Shown here one piece after another: positions 18,525 through 28,435 of a DNA stretch of 43,679 nucleotides (position 1 is the first letter of the stretch; each line of letters begins with the position of its first letter). The stretch is from Gemmatimonadota bacterium (GTDB lineage: Bacteria > Gemmatimonadota > Gemmatimonadetes > Longimicrobiales > RSA9), in the NCBI GenBank assembly GCA_019347975.1, contig JAHWKI010000002.1:1-43679 (forward strand), read 5' to 3'. The notes under the pieces were generated by a model. The model was not told the origin of the DNA, did not search any database, and saw only the letters and a program-made list of their open reading frames with translations. A program made the translations under genes and the position numbers.

Positions 18525-18633
18525 TCGTGCATGGGTGGAGAGGGTCGCTCGTTTCCGTCAGGGCGGAAGCCGTTGTAACGTTCCTCTCCTGGCGAGCGGG
18601 GCCAACGGGAACGCAAACGCTGGAGCATCGGAC

Positions 18634-19041
18634 GTGAAACAGCTGCTGACGGCAGTTCTGGTGGTGGGGCTCATCGGATGTGGGGCGACGGCGAGCTCCA
18701 CGCCGCGGGGGAGCGCGAACGAGATCACACGCGCGGAAATCGAGGCGGCGTCGGGGGTGACGACGGCCCAGGACATCGTGCAGCGCCTGAGGCCGCAGTG
18801 GCTCAGAGTCCGCGGCTCGGCCACGTTGGACAACTCGGCGCAGGAAGGAATCGTCGTCTACGTCGACGGAACGCGGTCCGGGCAGATCCAGATCGAGGCG
18901 GGCCGTGCGGCCGGCCCGAACCCGCTGGACGGAGTCGCGGCCAACGACGTGGAGCGGCTCATCTACTACAGCGCCAGCTCGGCGACGCAGCGGTTCGGGA
19001 CCGGCCACGCGCAGGGGGCGATCGAGGTGATCACGCGGTGA
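18634..19041 (+). CDS. Small lipoprotein resembling a stand-alone TonB-dependent receptor plug domain
   Basis: GTG start, lipobox LIGC, ITRAEIE, DIVQRLRPQWL, VVYVDG and ATQRFGTGHAQGAIEVITR. Confidence 0.72.
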   Translation: MKQLLTAVLVVGLIGCGATASSTPRGSANEITRAEIEAASGVTTAQDIVQRLRPQWLRVRGSATLDNSAQEGIVVYVDGTRSGQIQIEAGRAAGPNPLDGVAANDVERLIYYSASSATQRFGTGHAQGAIEVITR

Positions 19042-19072
19042 TCCTCCGGGCCCGCCGCGCGGAGGGCGCGGC

Positions 19073-21115
19073 TCAGGCGACGGGCTTCGCCTGGCCGCGC
19101 CTCTCGGGGGCGGTCCAGTGCTCGTTGCCGCGTACGTAGCGCTCGAACCAGCGGAGCTCCTCGACCAGCCGGGTGCGATGGTGGCGTGGCTCGCTGATTC
19201 CGTGACCCTCCCTCGGGAAGCGGATGAAGCGGGTGGGGACGCCGTGGTGGCGCAGGGCCACGTGGAAGTTCATGGACTGACCCATGGTGTCGGTCGAGTC
19301 CTCGTCGCCGTGGAAGAGGATGGTGGGCGTCCTGACCCGGTCCGCGTGCGTGTAGGCGCTCCGCTCGCGCCACAGCTCCGAGTTGCTCCACGGATCGCCG
19401 CCGAGGTACCAGCGGCTCACGTCGAAGTTGAACCCTACGCCGAACTCGCTGGGCCAATCGCTGACCATGGCGCCCAGGGAGGCGGCGCCGAAGCGGTCGG
19501 TGCGGGTGATGGTCCAGCCGCCCAGGATGCCACCGTAGCTCCACCCCTTCACGGCCAGGGAGTCGGGATGGGCGATCCCCCGCTGGATCATCGCATCCAC
19601 GCCGGTCATCAGGTCCTGGTAGTCGCCGCCCCCGATGTCGTTCATGTTGCCCCGCAGGAGCGCGTCGCCGTACCCGGAGGAGCCCCGCACGTTGGGCTGG
19701 AGGACCGCGTAGCCCTGGGCTGCGAGGATCTGCGCATCGGCATCGAATCCGCGGGCGAACACGCCTGCGGGCCCTCCATGGATCTCGAGGATGAGCGCGC
19801 CCCGCGACGCGGCGCGAGCGGTGGGGCGGTAGAGCAGCCCCTCGATCTGCGTCCCGTCCTCGCTGGTCCACGTGACGGTCTCGGGCCTCGAGAGCGCGAG
19901 CGCCCGGATGTCGGCGTGAACGTCGGTGATAGCGGTCCGCACGATCCCGTCCTCGAACCGGCCGGTGAAGACCTCGCCGGGGGAGGTGGGGTCCGAATGG
20001 GTGAACGCGACCATGCCGTGGTCCCGGGACCAGGATGGGGAGGAGACGGTCCCATCCCAGTCGCTCATCTTCCGCACGCGTCCATTGCGCAGGTCCAGGC
20101 GGTAGAAGGACGCGACGGTGCGATCGAGGGCGACGAAGTCGAGGTAGCGGCCGTCCGGGGTGAACGCCTCGCCCCGGACCGCCAGCGTCGATTCCGGGAT
20201 GAGCTGGCGGACGGCGCCATCGGCGAGGGACATGAGGTAGAGATTGCCCTGGTCCAGCTCCCAGGTCTCGAGCGAGGGGGCGGTGAACAGGAGCGCGCGT
20301 CCGTCGGGCGTCCACTGGAGCCCCGACTCGGGCGCCTCGTTGGACGTGAGGGTCCGGATCTCGCCGCCCTCCAGCGGGACGACTGCGATCTCGGAGCGGT
20401 GCCCATCGTTGCGGTGGTTCTCGGTCCGATAGGTGAACGCGACCTGGCCGCCATCCGGCGATACGGCGAAGTCGCCGATCAGCCGGTCGCCGGAGGTGAC
20501 CGGACGCGCGTCGGCGTCATCGAAGTCGACGGGGGCCCACCAGAGGTTGGTGTAGCTCCCGCGGGTCTGGCCGTTCGGCCCCTCGTTGACGAACACCGCG
20601 TCGTCGCCGTCCTTGCGGGCGTCGCGCACGGTCTTGGGGACCGTGTCCTCGGCGAGGAAGACCAGGCGACGGGAGTCGGGGGTCCATTCGTAACGCCGGA
20701 CCGCGGAGGCGTGGCGCGTCAGCTGCCGGGCCTCGCCGCCGTCCGTCCGGATCAGCCAGATCTGCCGCCCTTCACCCCCTGGTCCGCCATCCTCCTCGCT
20801 CCGGGCGGAGCGGAGGAAGGCCACCCAACGCCCGTCGGGCGACCAGGCGGCCGAGCCGTCCCCCTCCGCGGAGGTGAAGGGGCGCGCGTCGCTGCCGTCC
20901 GCGCCCGCGATCCAGAGGCGGGAGTCGCGCTCGTTGTCCTTCCAGTCCAGCTCGGAACGGGTGAAGAGGACGCGGCCACCGTCCGGGCTGATCCGCGGGG
21001 ATCCGACAGAGCCCATGTCGACGGCGTGGTCGATGGTGAAGCCGCTCTGAGCCGAGGCCGGCGCGAGGTCGATGCCGACGGCGGCGAGGGCCAGTACGAA
21101 CGCGGCAGAACGCAT
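19073..21115 (-). CDS. S9-family (prolyl oligopeptidase/acylaminoacyl) peptidase, secreted
   Basis: Signal peptide ASA-Q from ATG 21115, WSPDG propeller repeats, HGGP, GWSYGG, HGDED and EGHG. Confidence 0.93.
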   Translation of the reverse strand: MRSAAFVLALAAVGIDLAPASAQSGFTIDHAVDMGSVGSPRISPDGGRVLFTRSELDWKDNERDSRLWIAGADGSDARPFTSAEGDGSAAWSPDGRWVAFLRSARSEEDGGPGGEGRQIWLIRTDGGEARQLTRHASAVRRYEWTPDSRRLVFLAEDTVPKTVRDARKDGDDAVFVNEGPNGQTRGSYTNLWWAPVDFDDADARPVTSGDRLIGDFAVSPDGGQVAFTYRTENHRNDGHRSEIAVVPLEGGEIRTLTSNEAPESGLQWTPDGRALLFTAPSLETWELDQGNLYLMSLADGAVRQLIPESTLAVRGEAFTPDGRYLDFVALDRTVASFYRLDLRNGRVRKMSDWDGTVSSPSWSRDHGMVAFTHSDPTSPGEVFTGRFEDGIVRTAITDVHADIRALALSRPETVTWTSEDGTQIEGLLYRPTARAASRGALILEIHGGPAGVFARGFDADAQILAAQGYAVLQPNVRGSSGYGDALLRGNMNDIGGGDYQDLMTGVDAMIQRGIAHPDSLAVKGWSYGGILGGWTITRTDRFGAASLGAMVSDWPSEFGVGFNFDVSRWYLGGDPWSNSELWRERSAYTHADRVRTPTILFHGDEDSTDTMGQSMNFHVALRHHGVPTRFIRFPREGHGISEPRHHRTRLVEELRWFERYVRGNEHWTAPERRGQAKPVA

Positions 21116-21222
21116 CGGGTGTCCGTTGACGGGGATCGTTCGACGTTGTGAGGTCAATATGGGGAAGGCGCGGCGTCCAGGGGAGAGCCGGCGCCGGCCG
21201 TGTGTGCTAACCTGGGGAGGAC

Positions 21223-22179
21223 ATGCTCGACCTGAGGACGGCCCTGCTCTGCTGCGGAGTGCTGGCGGCCGGCGGGTGCGCCTCGCTGCCGCCCCCTCCA
21301 CCGCCGCCGCTGGCGCTGGAGATCCAGCGCGACCTCGCCTACCTGGCGAGCCCCGCGAGGGAAGGGCGGCAGATCGGGTCCGCCGGACGCGACTCGGCCG
21401 CTGCCTGGATCGCGCGACGGTTCGACGAGGCCGGGGCGCGCCCCGTGTTCGCTGAACCGTGCATGGCGCGCCACCCCTGCCCGCCCGGGCGCTGGGGCGA
21501 CGCGTTCCAGCTCCCGGAATGGGCGGTCGGCGGGACCGGCGTGAACGTGGCGGCGCGGGTGGAGGGGAGGGATCCAGCGTTGCGGCGCCACGTCGTCGTG
21601 GTCGGCGCTCACTACGACCATATCGGCCGACTGAGCCAGTACTCCCGCGACCCGGCGACGCCGGGGCTCCGGCCCGGCGCGGACGACAACGCGTCGGGGA
21701 CGGCCGCGCTGCTGGAGCTGGCGCGGCGCGTGGCCGCCCGGCCCGCGCCGATGACGGTCCTGTTCGTGGCGTTCGACGCCGAGGAGCTGGGGCTCTTCGG
21801 CTCCCGCCATTTCCTGAGCGACCCGCCGGTCCCCGCGGAGCGGATGGCCGCCATGCTCAACTTCGACATGGTGGGCCGGATGCGGACCGGGCGGCTGACG
21901 GTGCGGAACGTCGGCAGCGCGACGTGGTGGCGCGACGCCGTGGAGCGCGCGAACACCGACAGCCTGCGGATCGATCTGCAGCGCGGCGGCGGGTCATCGG
22001 ACCACGTGAGCTTCCGTGAGGCGAGGATCCCCGCGATCCATTTCTATACCGGCACCCACGCCGACTACCACCGGCGGTCGGATCGTGAGGAGCACATCAA
22101 CTACCTGGGCATCCTCAGGGTCGTGGACCTGGCGGAGCGGGTGCTCCGGGACATGCCGCCGCCGGGGCCGTCGTCCTGA
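21223..22179 (+). CDS. M28-family metallopeptidase lipoprotein
   Basis: Lipobox AGGC, GAHYDH, GADDNASG, AEELG, NFDMVG, SDH and DYH. Confidence 0.92.
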   Translation: MLDLRTALLCCGVLAAGGCASLPPPPPPPLALEIQRDLAYLASPAREGRQIGSAGRDSAAAWIARRFDEAGARPVFAEPCMARHPCPPGRWGDAFQLPEWAVGGTGVNVAARVEGRDPALRRHVVVVGAHYDHIGRLSQYSRDPATPGLRPGADDNASGTAALLELARRVAARPAPMTVLFVAFDAEELGLFGSRHFLSDPPVPAERMAAMLNFDMVGRMRTGRLTVRNVGSATWWRDAVERANTDSLRIDLQRGGGSSDHVSFREARIPAIHFYTGTHADYHRRSDREEHINYLGILRVVDLAERVLRDMPPPGPSS

Positions 22180-22228
22180 CATGCGGCGCGGGCGGCGAAC
22201 CCCCTCCGTTCCACGGCGTATCACCTGC

Positions 22229-23404
22229 ATGCTGAAGCACGCCGCCCTGGCCCTACTGGCCGTGTCCTCCGCCGCGACCGCACCGGTTTCCGCCCAGCTC
22301 GGCACCCCGGTCGACGGGGCGACCCCGCCGGGGATCGATCTTCGTGACGCGGTCATCGCGGAGTTCGTCGCGGGCCTCGCGGCCGACGCGGCGGCGGACT
22401 CGGCAGGATCGCTCGGCGCGGCGCTCGTGGTGGGCGACAGCGTCGCATGGGCTGGTGCGTTCGGCCTCGCGGACCGTGAGAACGGGAGATCGGCCACCGT
22501 CGAGACGCTGTACCGCGTCGGCTCCATCACGAAGGTGCTGACGGCGGCCACGGCGCTGCGGCTGGCGGAAAAGGGCGTGATCGAGCTGGATGAGCCAGTC
22601 GCGGTATGGGTGCCGGAGATCGTCAGCCTGGCCGGCCTCCAGACGACGGACCGGCCGATCACGCTCCGGGACCTGGCCAGCCACACCGCCGGACTCGAGC
22701 GGGAACCCTCGTCCTCGCTCGCGGCACGGGGGCACCGGGCCGGATGGAAGCGGAAGACGCTGGCGAGCATCCCGCTGACGGAGCTCCGTTCCTCGCCCGG
22801 GAGCGCGTACACGTACTCCAACGTCGGGTACGCGATCCTGGGGCTGGCGGTGGAGCGCGCCGGCGGGCGGAGCTTCGAGGGGCTGGTCGCCCGGGAGGTG
22901 CTGGAGACCCTCGGGATGCGCAGCTCCTTCTTCGCCGTCCCGCGTCGCGAGCGGCACCGTCTGGCCGCGGGGTACGTCAATCTGGAGGATGGGACCGCGG
23001 ATCCCCGCGTCCCCCGGGCCGAGCACCGCGGGCGCGGCTACAAGGTCCCGAGCGAGGGGCTGTACTCGACGGTGGGCGACCTGGCGCGGCTGGTCATGGC
23101 CCTCTCCGGCGCCCTGGGGGACACGCTCCTCGACGACGACGCGCGCGCCGCCATGCTCACCGCCCCGGCCTTGCAGGGCGACGACCGCACCGGCTACGGC
23201 CTGGGGCTCCAGCTCACCCGCATCGGCGGCACCCTCCTGGCCGGCCACAGCGGGACGACCGCCGGCTATACGTCGTACCTCGTCTTCGATCCCGCTACCC
23301 GGGTCGGGGTCGTGATCCTGCGAAGCTACAACCGCGGCGCGACGAACCTGGGTGCGGCAGCGCAGCGGGTGGTGATGGAGCTGGGGGCGGCAGCGTTGCA
23401 TTGA
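22229..23404 (+). CDS. Serine hydrolase, beta-lactamase/AmpC-like (S12) family, secreted
   Basis: SxxK (GSITK), YSN, GHSG and a signal peptide. Alternative start 22181. Confidence 0.88.
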   Translation: MLKHAALALLAVSSAATAPVSAQLGTPVDGATPPGIDLRDAVIAEFVAGLAADAAADSAGSLGAALVVGDSVAWAGAFGLADRENGRSATVETLYRVGSITKVLTAATALRLAEKGVIELDEPVAVWVPEIVSLAGLQTTDRPITLRDLASHTAGLEREPSSSLAARGHRAGWKRKTLASIPLTELRSSPGSAYTYSNVGYAILGLAVERAGGRSFEGLVAREVLETLGMRSSFFAVPRRERHRLAAGYVNLEDGTADPRVPRAEHRGRGYKVPSEGLYSTVGDLARLVMALSGALGDTLLDDDARAAMLTAPALQGDDRTGYGLGLQLTRIGGTLLAGHSGTTAGYTSYLVFDPATRVGVVILRSYNRGATNLGAAAQRVVMELGAAALH

Positions 23405-23429
23405 GCACGGCACACGGCGGCCGCATATT
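23401..23429 (+). promoter_or_regulatory. Putative sigma70 promoter
   Basis: TTGAGC-N17-CATATT, upstream of SD GAAGGAG and ATG 23484. Confidence 0.5.
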
Positions 23430-23483
23430 CTGGCGTTCGCCGCGCTCGTCGGACCCAGCCCCCACAGCCACGAAGGAGAGCCG

Positions 23484-23582
23484 ATGCGGAACGGGATTAC
23501 GAAGGATCCGGAGGTCGCGCTCTCCGGGAGTGGTTCGAGGGAGGCTCAGGGTGTGATCGTGACCGGGGTCACGGGTCGATGA
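23484..23582 (+). other. 32-codon micro-ORF with strong SD (leader peptide or gene remnant)
   Basis: GAAGGAGAGCCG-ATG; MRNGITKDPEVALSGSGSREAQGVIVTGVTGR*. Confidence 0.4.
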
Positions 23583-23705
23583 CAGGCGAGACGCCCGGGT
23601 GACGACGCGCGCGGCGCCCACGCTCCTCCCCCTTTCCGTGGAGCTCATGGAGCGGTGGCTCTTCGCGTTCGACATGCCGCGCGGTCTGGTCCGGGGCTCG
23701 GAGCG

Positions 23706-24317
23706 GTGAGCACGCCGACTTCGCAGGACTTCAGCCGTGGTCTCCCGCCGCTCGAGACCGATCGGCTTCGACTTCGGCAGCTCGCTGGTCCGGACGTGCC
23801 CGGGCTGTTCGAGATCTTTTCGGATCCCGAGGTGATGAAGTTCTGGAGCAGTGAGCCGCTCCCCGACATGGGCGCGGCGCACGCGCTGCTCGCGGAGATC
23901 GACGACGGACGCGCCGACGGGAGCCTGTTGCAGTGGGGGATCGCGACGAAGGAGGACGACCGCATCGTGGGGACGACGACGCTCGCGTCCTGGGACCGGA
24001 CGCACCGGCGGGCCGAGCTGGGGTTCGCCGTCGGGCGCGGCTGCTGGGGCAGGGGATTCGGGATCGAGGCAGTGAGGCGGATCGTGCGGTTCGCGTTCGA
24101 GGAGCTGGACCTGCACCGGCTCGAAGCGGATGCGGATCCGCGGAACGAAGCGTCGATCAGGATCCTCAAGAAGGTAGGATTCACGGAGGAAGGGTTCCTC
24201 CGCGAGCGGTATCTGCTCGGGGGTGAGCCCCAGGACGCCGTATTCCTGGGACTGCTCCGCTCGGAGTGGAACCAGAGGCTGGAACCATGGACGCGGACGC
24301 CGCCACCGACGAGCTGA
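23706..24317 (+). CDS. GNAT N-acetyltransferase, RimJ/RimL family
   Basis: LETDRLRLR, AELGF, WGRGFGIEA, LHRLEA, NEASIRILKKVGFTEEGFLRE. GTG start at 23706. Confidence 0.9.
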   Translation: MSTPTSQDFSRGLPPLETDRLRLRQLAGPDVPGLFEIFSDPEVMKFWSSEPLPDMGAAHALLAEIDDGRADGSLLQWGIATKEDDRIVGTTTLASWDRTHRRAELGFAVGRGCWGRGFGIEAVRRIVRFAFEELDLHRLEADADPRNEASIRILKKVGFTEEGFLRERYLLGGEPQDAVFLGLLRSEWNQRLEPWTRTPPPTS

Positions 24318-24474
24318 CGGCCTCCTCGAGCACCTGGAGCGCTACCGCGCGGTGACGCTGCAGGTGCTGGATCACGGGGTCGGCGACGACCTCGCGTTTG
24401 GGGGGCTCGAGAACGTGAAGGCGCGCGAGGACCTGGGCGGATTCCGAAGACGCCGGAATGGACAGCATGCGTGA
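24287..24474 (+). pseudogene. Frameshifted, internally deleted gene stub (DinB-like N-terminus)
   Basis: ATG 24287 gives MDADAATDELT. A one-base shift continues as LLEHLERYRAVTLQVLD...DDLAF...KAREDLGG, which resembles the helical N-terminus of DinB-family proteins but lacks the His-containing core. Confidence 0.45.
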
Positions 24475-24916
24475 CTGGTCGAAGCTGAAGTGGCTCCACC
24501 TGGTCGTCGGGGTCTTCGTCCTGCTGGCATTCCTCGGTACCGGACAGTTCATGGATCGCCGGCTCGATCACCTGGTGGGCATGCCCGATGCTCCCCGCGC
24601 GCTGTACCGCTCCAGCCACATCTACATCCTCTTTTCGGGGCTCCTGAACCTGGTCCTGGGGACGTACGTCACCCCGTCCGGCTCGCCCGTCGGACGGCTG
24701 GTCCAGTACCTCGGATCGGCGCTGCTGCTGGCCCCAGCCGGGCTGTTCCTGTACGGGTTCTTCGTGGAGACGCCGCTCGCGCTCATCGAGCGGCCGATGA
24801 TCCGGAGGGGGATCTACTGGTCGCTCTACGGAGCCCTCCTCCACGGGGTGGCGGGGCTGGCCGTCCGCGAGGCACGGCCGGAGCCGGTGCACTCGAAGGA
24901 GGAAGTGTCGACATGA
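24458..24916 (+). CDS. Hypothetical four-TM membrane protein
   Basis: Hydrophobic segments and LYRSSHIYILFSGLLNLVLG. Start could be 24458 or 24467. Confidence 0.78.
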   Translation: MDSMRDWSKLKWLHLVVGVFVLLAFLGTGQFMDRRLDHLVGMPDAPRALYRSSHIYILFSGLLNLVLGTYVTPSGSPVGRLVQYLGSALLLAPAGLFLYGFFVETPLALIERPMIRRGIYWSLYGALLHGVAGLAVREARPEPVHSKEEVST

Positions 24917-25026
24917 AGATCGTGCTCACCTCGGGGCTCGCGGCGCAGAGACTCGGCGCCGTTGTGCACTCGAGCACCGGTCGTCACAATAGGCCTGGTC
25001 GCGGACGTATCAAGACAGGGAGAGTC

Positions 25027-25500
25027 ATGAGCGAGGACGCGGACGCACTGGTTCGGATGCTGGACGGGACCGGCGCCCACGCATCGACGGTGGGATCGCT
25101 GGAGGACCTCGACGAAGAGCTCGCCGCGGCGCGACAGGAGGGATGGCCGTACTCGTGCCACGAGGTCCTGCTCCACATCGTCTTCTGGCAGGACCTCTTC
25201 CTCGCCCGGCTCGAGGCGCGGCCGGCTCCGCTGCCCGCCCACGCGGAGGACGGCTGGCCGGACCCGGGGCGGAACCGGTGGACGGACACGGTCGGGCGGT
25301 TCACCCGCGGCCTGGACGCGGCGAAGGCGCACGCGGCAGGGGGCGACCTGGCCGCGCGGCTGGCGGACTGGAAGGGGATCCGGCGTGGTGAAGGGCTGGC
25401 CATCCTGGCGCAGCACAACAGCTATCATCTCGGGCAGATCGTTCTGCTGCGGCGCGTGCTGGGGGCCTGGCCCCCGCCGGGCGGCGGCGACACCTGGTAG
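25027..25500 (+). CDS. DinB-family protein
   Basis: SD GGGAG before ATG 25027. [14 protein letters not shown] and [15 protein letters not shown] His motifs. Confidence 0.85.
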   Translation: MSEDADALVRMLDGTGAHASTVGSLEDLDEELAAARQEGWPYSCHEVLLHIVFWQDLFLARLEARPAPLPAHAEDGWPDPGRNRWTDTVGRFTRGLDAAKAHAAGGDLAARLADWKGIRRGEGLAILAQHNSYHLGQIVLLRRVLGAWPPPGGGDTW

Positions 25501-25508
25501 GAGGCCAC

Positions 25509-25934
25509 ATGGCGGATCGCGAGAAGGTGCGGAAGTCGGAGGACGAGTGGCGGCGTGAACTGACGCCGGAGCAGTACCACGTGACGCGGGAGAAGGGGAC
25601 GGAGCGGGCGTTCTCGGGCGCGCTCTGGGACAACAAGCAGGCGGGGACGTACCGCTGCGCGGGGTGCGGGCAGGAGCTCTTCTCGTCGGACACCAAGTTC
25701 GAATCGGGGTCCGGATGGCCGAGCTTCTACGAGCCGGTGGAGGTGGAGGCGGTGGAGACGGACGAGGACACCAGCCACGGGATGCAGCGTACGGAGGCGC
25801 TCTGCAGCCGGTGCGATGCACACCTGGGGCACGTCTTCCCCGACGGCCCGCGTCCGACGGGGCTGCGGTACTGCATCAACTCCGCCGCGCTCACGTTCGA
25901 CGCGGCGGACGAGGGCGGCGCCGGCGGCGGGTGA
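25509..25934 (+). CDS. msrB: Peptide-methionine (R)-S-oxide reductase
   Basis: GTERAF, CAGC and CSRC zinc pairs, [21 protein letters not shown] and RYCINS. Confidence 0.97.
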   Translation: MADREKVRKSEDEWRRELTPEQYHVTREKGTERAFSGALWDNKQAGTYRCAGCGQELFSSDTKFESGSGWPSFYEPVEVEAVETDEDTSHGMQRTEALCSRCDAHLGHVFPDGPRPTGLRYCINSAALTFDAADEGGAGGG

Positions 25935-28435
25935 GCCGCACCGGGGAGGAGGCCGCGCTGCGGGTCGTCTTCACCACGGACGCGCCGGGCCACGACGAGG
26001 CGAAGGCGATCGCCGCGTGGCTCGGCGCCGCGCCTGGCGTGAAGGCCCGCGCAGTGGCGCTCGACGAGGCGCTCGCGGCGGAGGCGGACGTGGTGTGGAT
26101 CCACGGCGTCCGGCCCGTCCGGCTGGAGGCGCTCGGGAAGGCGGCTCCGGACGCGCTCCTCGGCGGAGGCGTTCTCCTCACCGGCGGCGCCGCGACGCTC
26201 CCGGCGGCGGCGGGAGTCGATTCGGCCGCGCCGAACGAGGTGGGCCGGAGCCCATGGCCCGAGGGGCCGGACGACGACGGCCTTCCCCCGCTCCGCGGCC
26301 ACGCAGCCTTCCGGTCCCACCCGCTGTTCGACCGCCTTGGTCCGACGGCGATCACCTCGGAGCCCGCGGCGGGGGAGGAGCACACCCGCGTGGCGTACGT
26401 TCTCCCTCTCTGGCCGGCGCGCGGCCGCGTGGTGGCGGTAGAGCGATCGAGGCTCCGGATCCACGCGGACCGCGCCACCATCTGGGAATACGACGGCGCC
26501 GCGGGTCGAACGATCTGTATCGGAGGCTTCCTCCCGCTCCACGGCCGGGGCGAGGCGGCGCGGGCGAGCGCCGGAATCCTGGCGGCGAACGCGCTCCGGC
26601 GTGCGGCCCGGGGCGGGACGGCGGCCGATGCGGGCCGGGCGGAGCCCCGCTCCGGGGAAGCGGGGGAGTGGCGCCGGCCGGAGGGGGCGGCGGCGGAGGA
26701 CCGTGCGCTGTCTATGCCGGAGCTCCCGCTGCTGGAGGACGCGCTCGGCTCGCTGGATTTTCGGCTCCGGGCGACCGGGCCGGCGGAAGGTGATGGGGCG
26801 TTCCACGTGGCGGGGCGGCGCGCGTTCGCCGCGGGTGGCGCGGCCCGTGGGCTGGACGAGATCTGGGCACACCCGGTGCGGCTGGCGGCCGGGCTCCGTC
26901 TCCGCGGTGCTGTGGGCGAGGCGTCGACGGTTACGCCGGTGGGGATGGAGCGGCAGCTGCGGCTCGGCGACGCGACCGTGCTGGAGCGGCTGGTGGTGCC
27001 GCGTGAGGCGCCGGCGTGCGTGGTGGAATGGCTGAGCCGGAGTCGGTCCGTGGATGTCGAGGTCGGCTGGACGTGCGATCTGCGCCTGGCGGCGCCGTAC
27101 CCGGCCGGCTGGCAGGGGCCGCTTCGGTGGCGACGGGCGCCGCGTGGCGTGGTGGTGGCGGGCGGCGAGGAGCGGGTGGTTTTCGCGTTCAGCACGCCGC
27201 CGGAGTCGCTGGAGGTGCGGGACGTCTCGGGGGAGGGGCGGCCGCTCGTCCGGATCCGGGCGCGGGTCCGACTGGAGGCCCGGAAGCCGGTGCGGCTGGC
27301 CATCGCCGGGGCGGCAGGAGACGCCGCGCTGCGCCGCGCGTTGGGCGCGGCGGACCGGACGAGCGCCATGAGCCGGTCGCGGGCCGCGCACACGGAGCGG
27401 CTGCTCAGCGAGCGACTATCGCTGGAGTGTGCGGACACGGCGGCGGTGCAGGCGCTGGAGTGGTCGAAGCACCGGCTGGACGCGTGCCTGGCGGAGGCCC
27501 CTGGCGTCGGACGGTCGCTGCTGGGCGGGTACGGCAGCTCGCCGGACGCTCCGGACGACGCTGCAACGCCGGTCGGCGCCCGGTTCCACGGCCCCGCGGC
27601 GGCACGCGGCGCGCTGGCCTGTCTGGCCGTCGGCGACCCGCGCTCCGCCCGGGACGTGCTGTCCTTCCTCGGCCGGCACCTGGACGCGCGGGGGCGGGTG
27701 CTGCACGAGTGCAGCACGAGCGGCGTCGCCCGTCATGATGACCCGTCCGCCACCCCTCTCTACCTCCTCCTGGTGGCGCGCTATCTGGCGTGGACGGGGG
27801 ACCTGCCGTTCGTTCGCGCGGAGTGGCCCCGGACCCTCAGTGCGTACGACGCGGCCGTTCGGCTCTTCCCGGAGGGCGGCGGAGGGGCGGGGGCGGACGT
27901 GCTCGGGGGCGCGCTGGCGGAGCTGGGGGAAGCGGCCGAGTCCATAGGCGAGCGCGGCGCGGCGGTGGAGCTCCGACAGGCGGCGGCGCGGCGGGGCGGC
28001 GCGCCGTGGCAGGCGGAGCTCGGCGTCGGCTCACCGGTGACTTCGCTGGTCCACGGCGTGCTGAGAGCCGAGCCCGACGCAACCCGTGGCCGGCTCGTGC
28101 TGCGACCCGAGCCGCCGTCGGCGTGGCCCCGGTTCCGGGTGAGCGGCCTGAGAGTGGGGGATGCGGAGGTGGGGGTGGGCTATCGGCGGCTCGGCGCGAC
28201 CCACACTTTCCGCCTGTCGCAGGGGCGCGGCGCCACTCCGCTGCGGGTGATCCTGGAGCCGGCGTTGCCCGGGGAGAGGCTCACGGCCGCGGCGGTGGAC
28301 GGAGAGGCGGCGGAGCTCGACGCCCACCGTCGGGGCGACCGGCTCGTGGTCCCCGTCCAGGTGGTCCTGGACCACGAGCGGGAGGTGGTGTTGGAGATCG
28401 ATCGGAGCATGGAACTGGAACGGAGGCCGTTTTGA
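25931..28435 (+). CDS. Degenerate amylo-alpha-1,6-glucosidase/GH63-like (alpha/alpha)6-family protein
   Basis: GTG overlaps the msrB TGA. Segments [31 protein letters not shown] and [18 protein letters not shown] match this family, but the catalytic region is altered and shortened. Confidence 0.62.
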   Translation: MSRTGEEAALRVVFTTDAPGHDEAKAIAAWLGAAPGVKARAVALDEALAAEADVVWIHGVRPVRLEALGKAAPDALLGGGVLLTGGAATLPAAAGVDSAAPNEVGRSPWPEGPDDDGLPPLRGHAAFRSHPLFDRLGPTAITSEPAAGEEHTRVAYVLPLWPARGRVVAVERSRLRIHADRATIWEYDGAAGRTICIGGFLPLHGRGEAARASAGILAANALRRAARGGTAADAGRAEPRSGEAGEWRRPEGAAAEDRALSMPELPLLEDALGSLDFRLRATGPAEGDGAFHVAGRRAFAAGGAARGLDEIWAHPVRLAAGLRLRGAVGEASTVTPVGMERQLRLGDATVLERLVVPREAPACVVEWLSRSRSVDVEVGWTCDLRLAAPYPAGWQGPLRWRRAPRGVVVAGGEERVVFAFSTPPESLEVRDVSGEGRPLVRIRARVRLEARKPVRLAIAGAAGDAALRRALGAADRTSAMSRSRAAHTERLLSERLSLECADTAAVQALEWSKHRLDACLAEAPGVGRSLLGGYGSSPDAPDDAATPVGARFHGPAAARGALACLAVGDPRSARDVLSFLGRHLDARGRVLHECSTSGVARHDDPSATPLYLLLVARYLAWTGDLPFVRAEWPRTLSAYDAAVRLFPEGGGGAGADVLGGALAELGEAAESIGERGAAVELRQAAARRGGAPWQAELGVGSPVTSLVHGVLRAEPDATRGRLVLRPEPPSAWPRFRVSGLRVGDAEVGVGYRRLGATHTFRLSQGRGATPLRVILEPALPGERLTAAAVDGEAAELDAHRRGDRLVVPVQVVLDHEREVVLEIDRSMELERRPF

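Noticed and set aside
22229-23404. Bona fide antibiotic-resistance beta-lactamase
   Set aside because: The third motif is HSG rather than KTG, and the gene sits among peptidases. This is typical of generic S12 serine hydrolases.
23401-25500. Integron cassette array (GNAT/DinB/VOC-type small genes)
   Set aside because: There is no integrase and I see no attC-like RYYYAAC...GTTRRRY palindromes. The genes are joined by overlaps rather than spacers.
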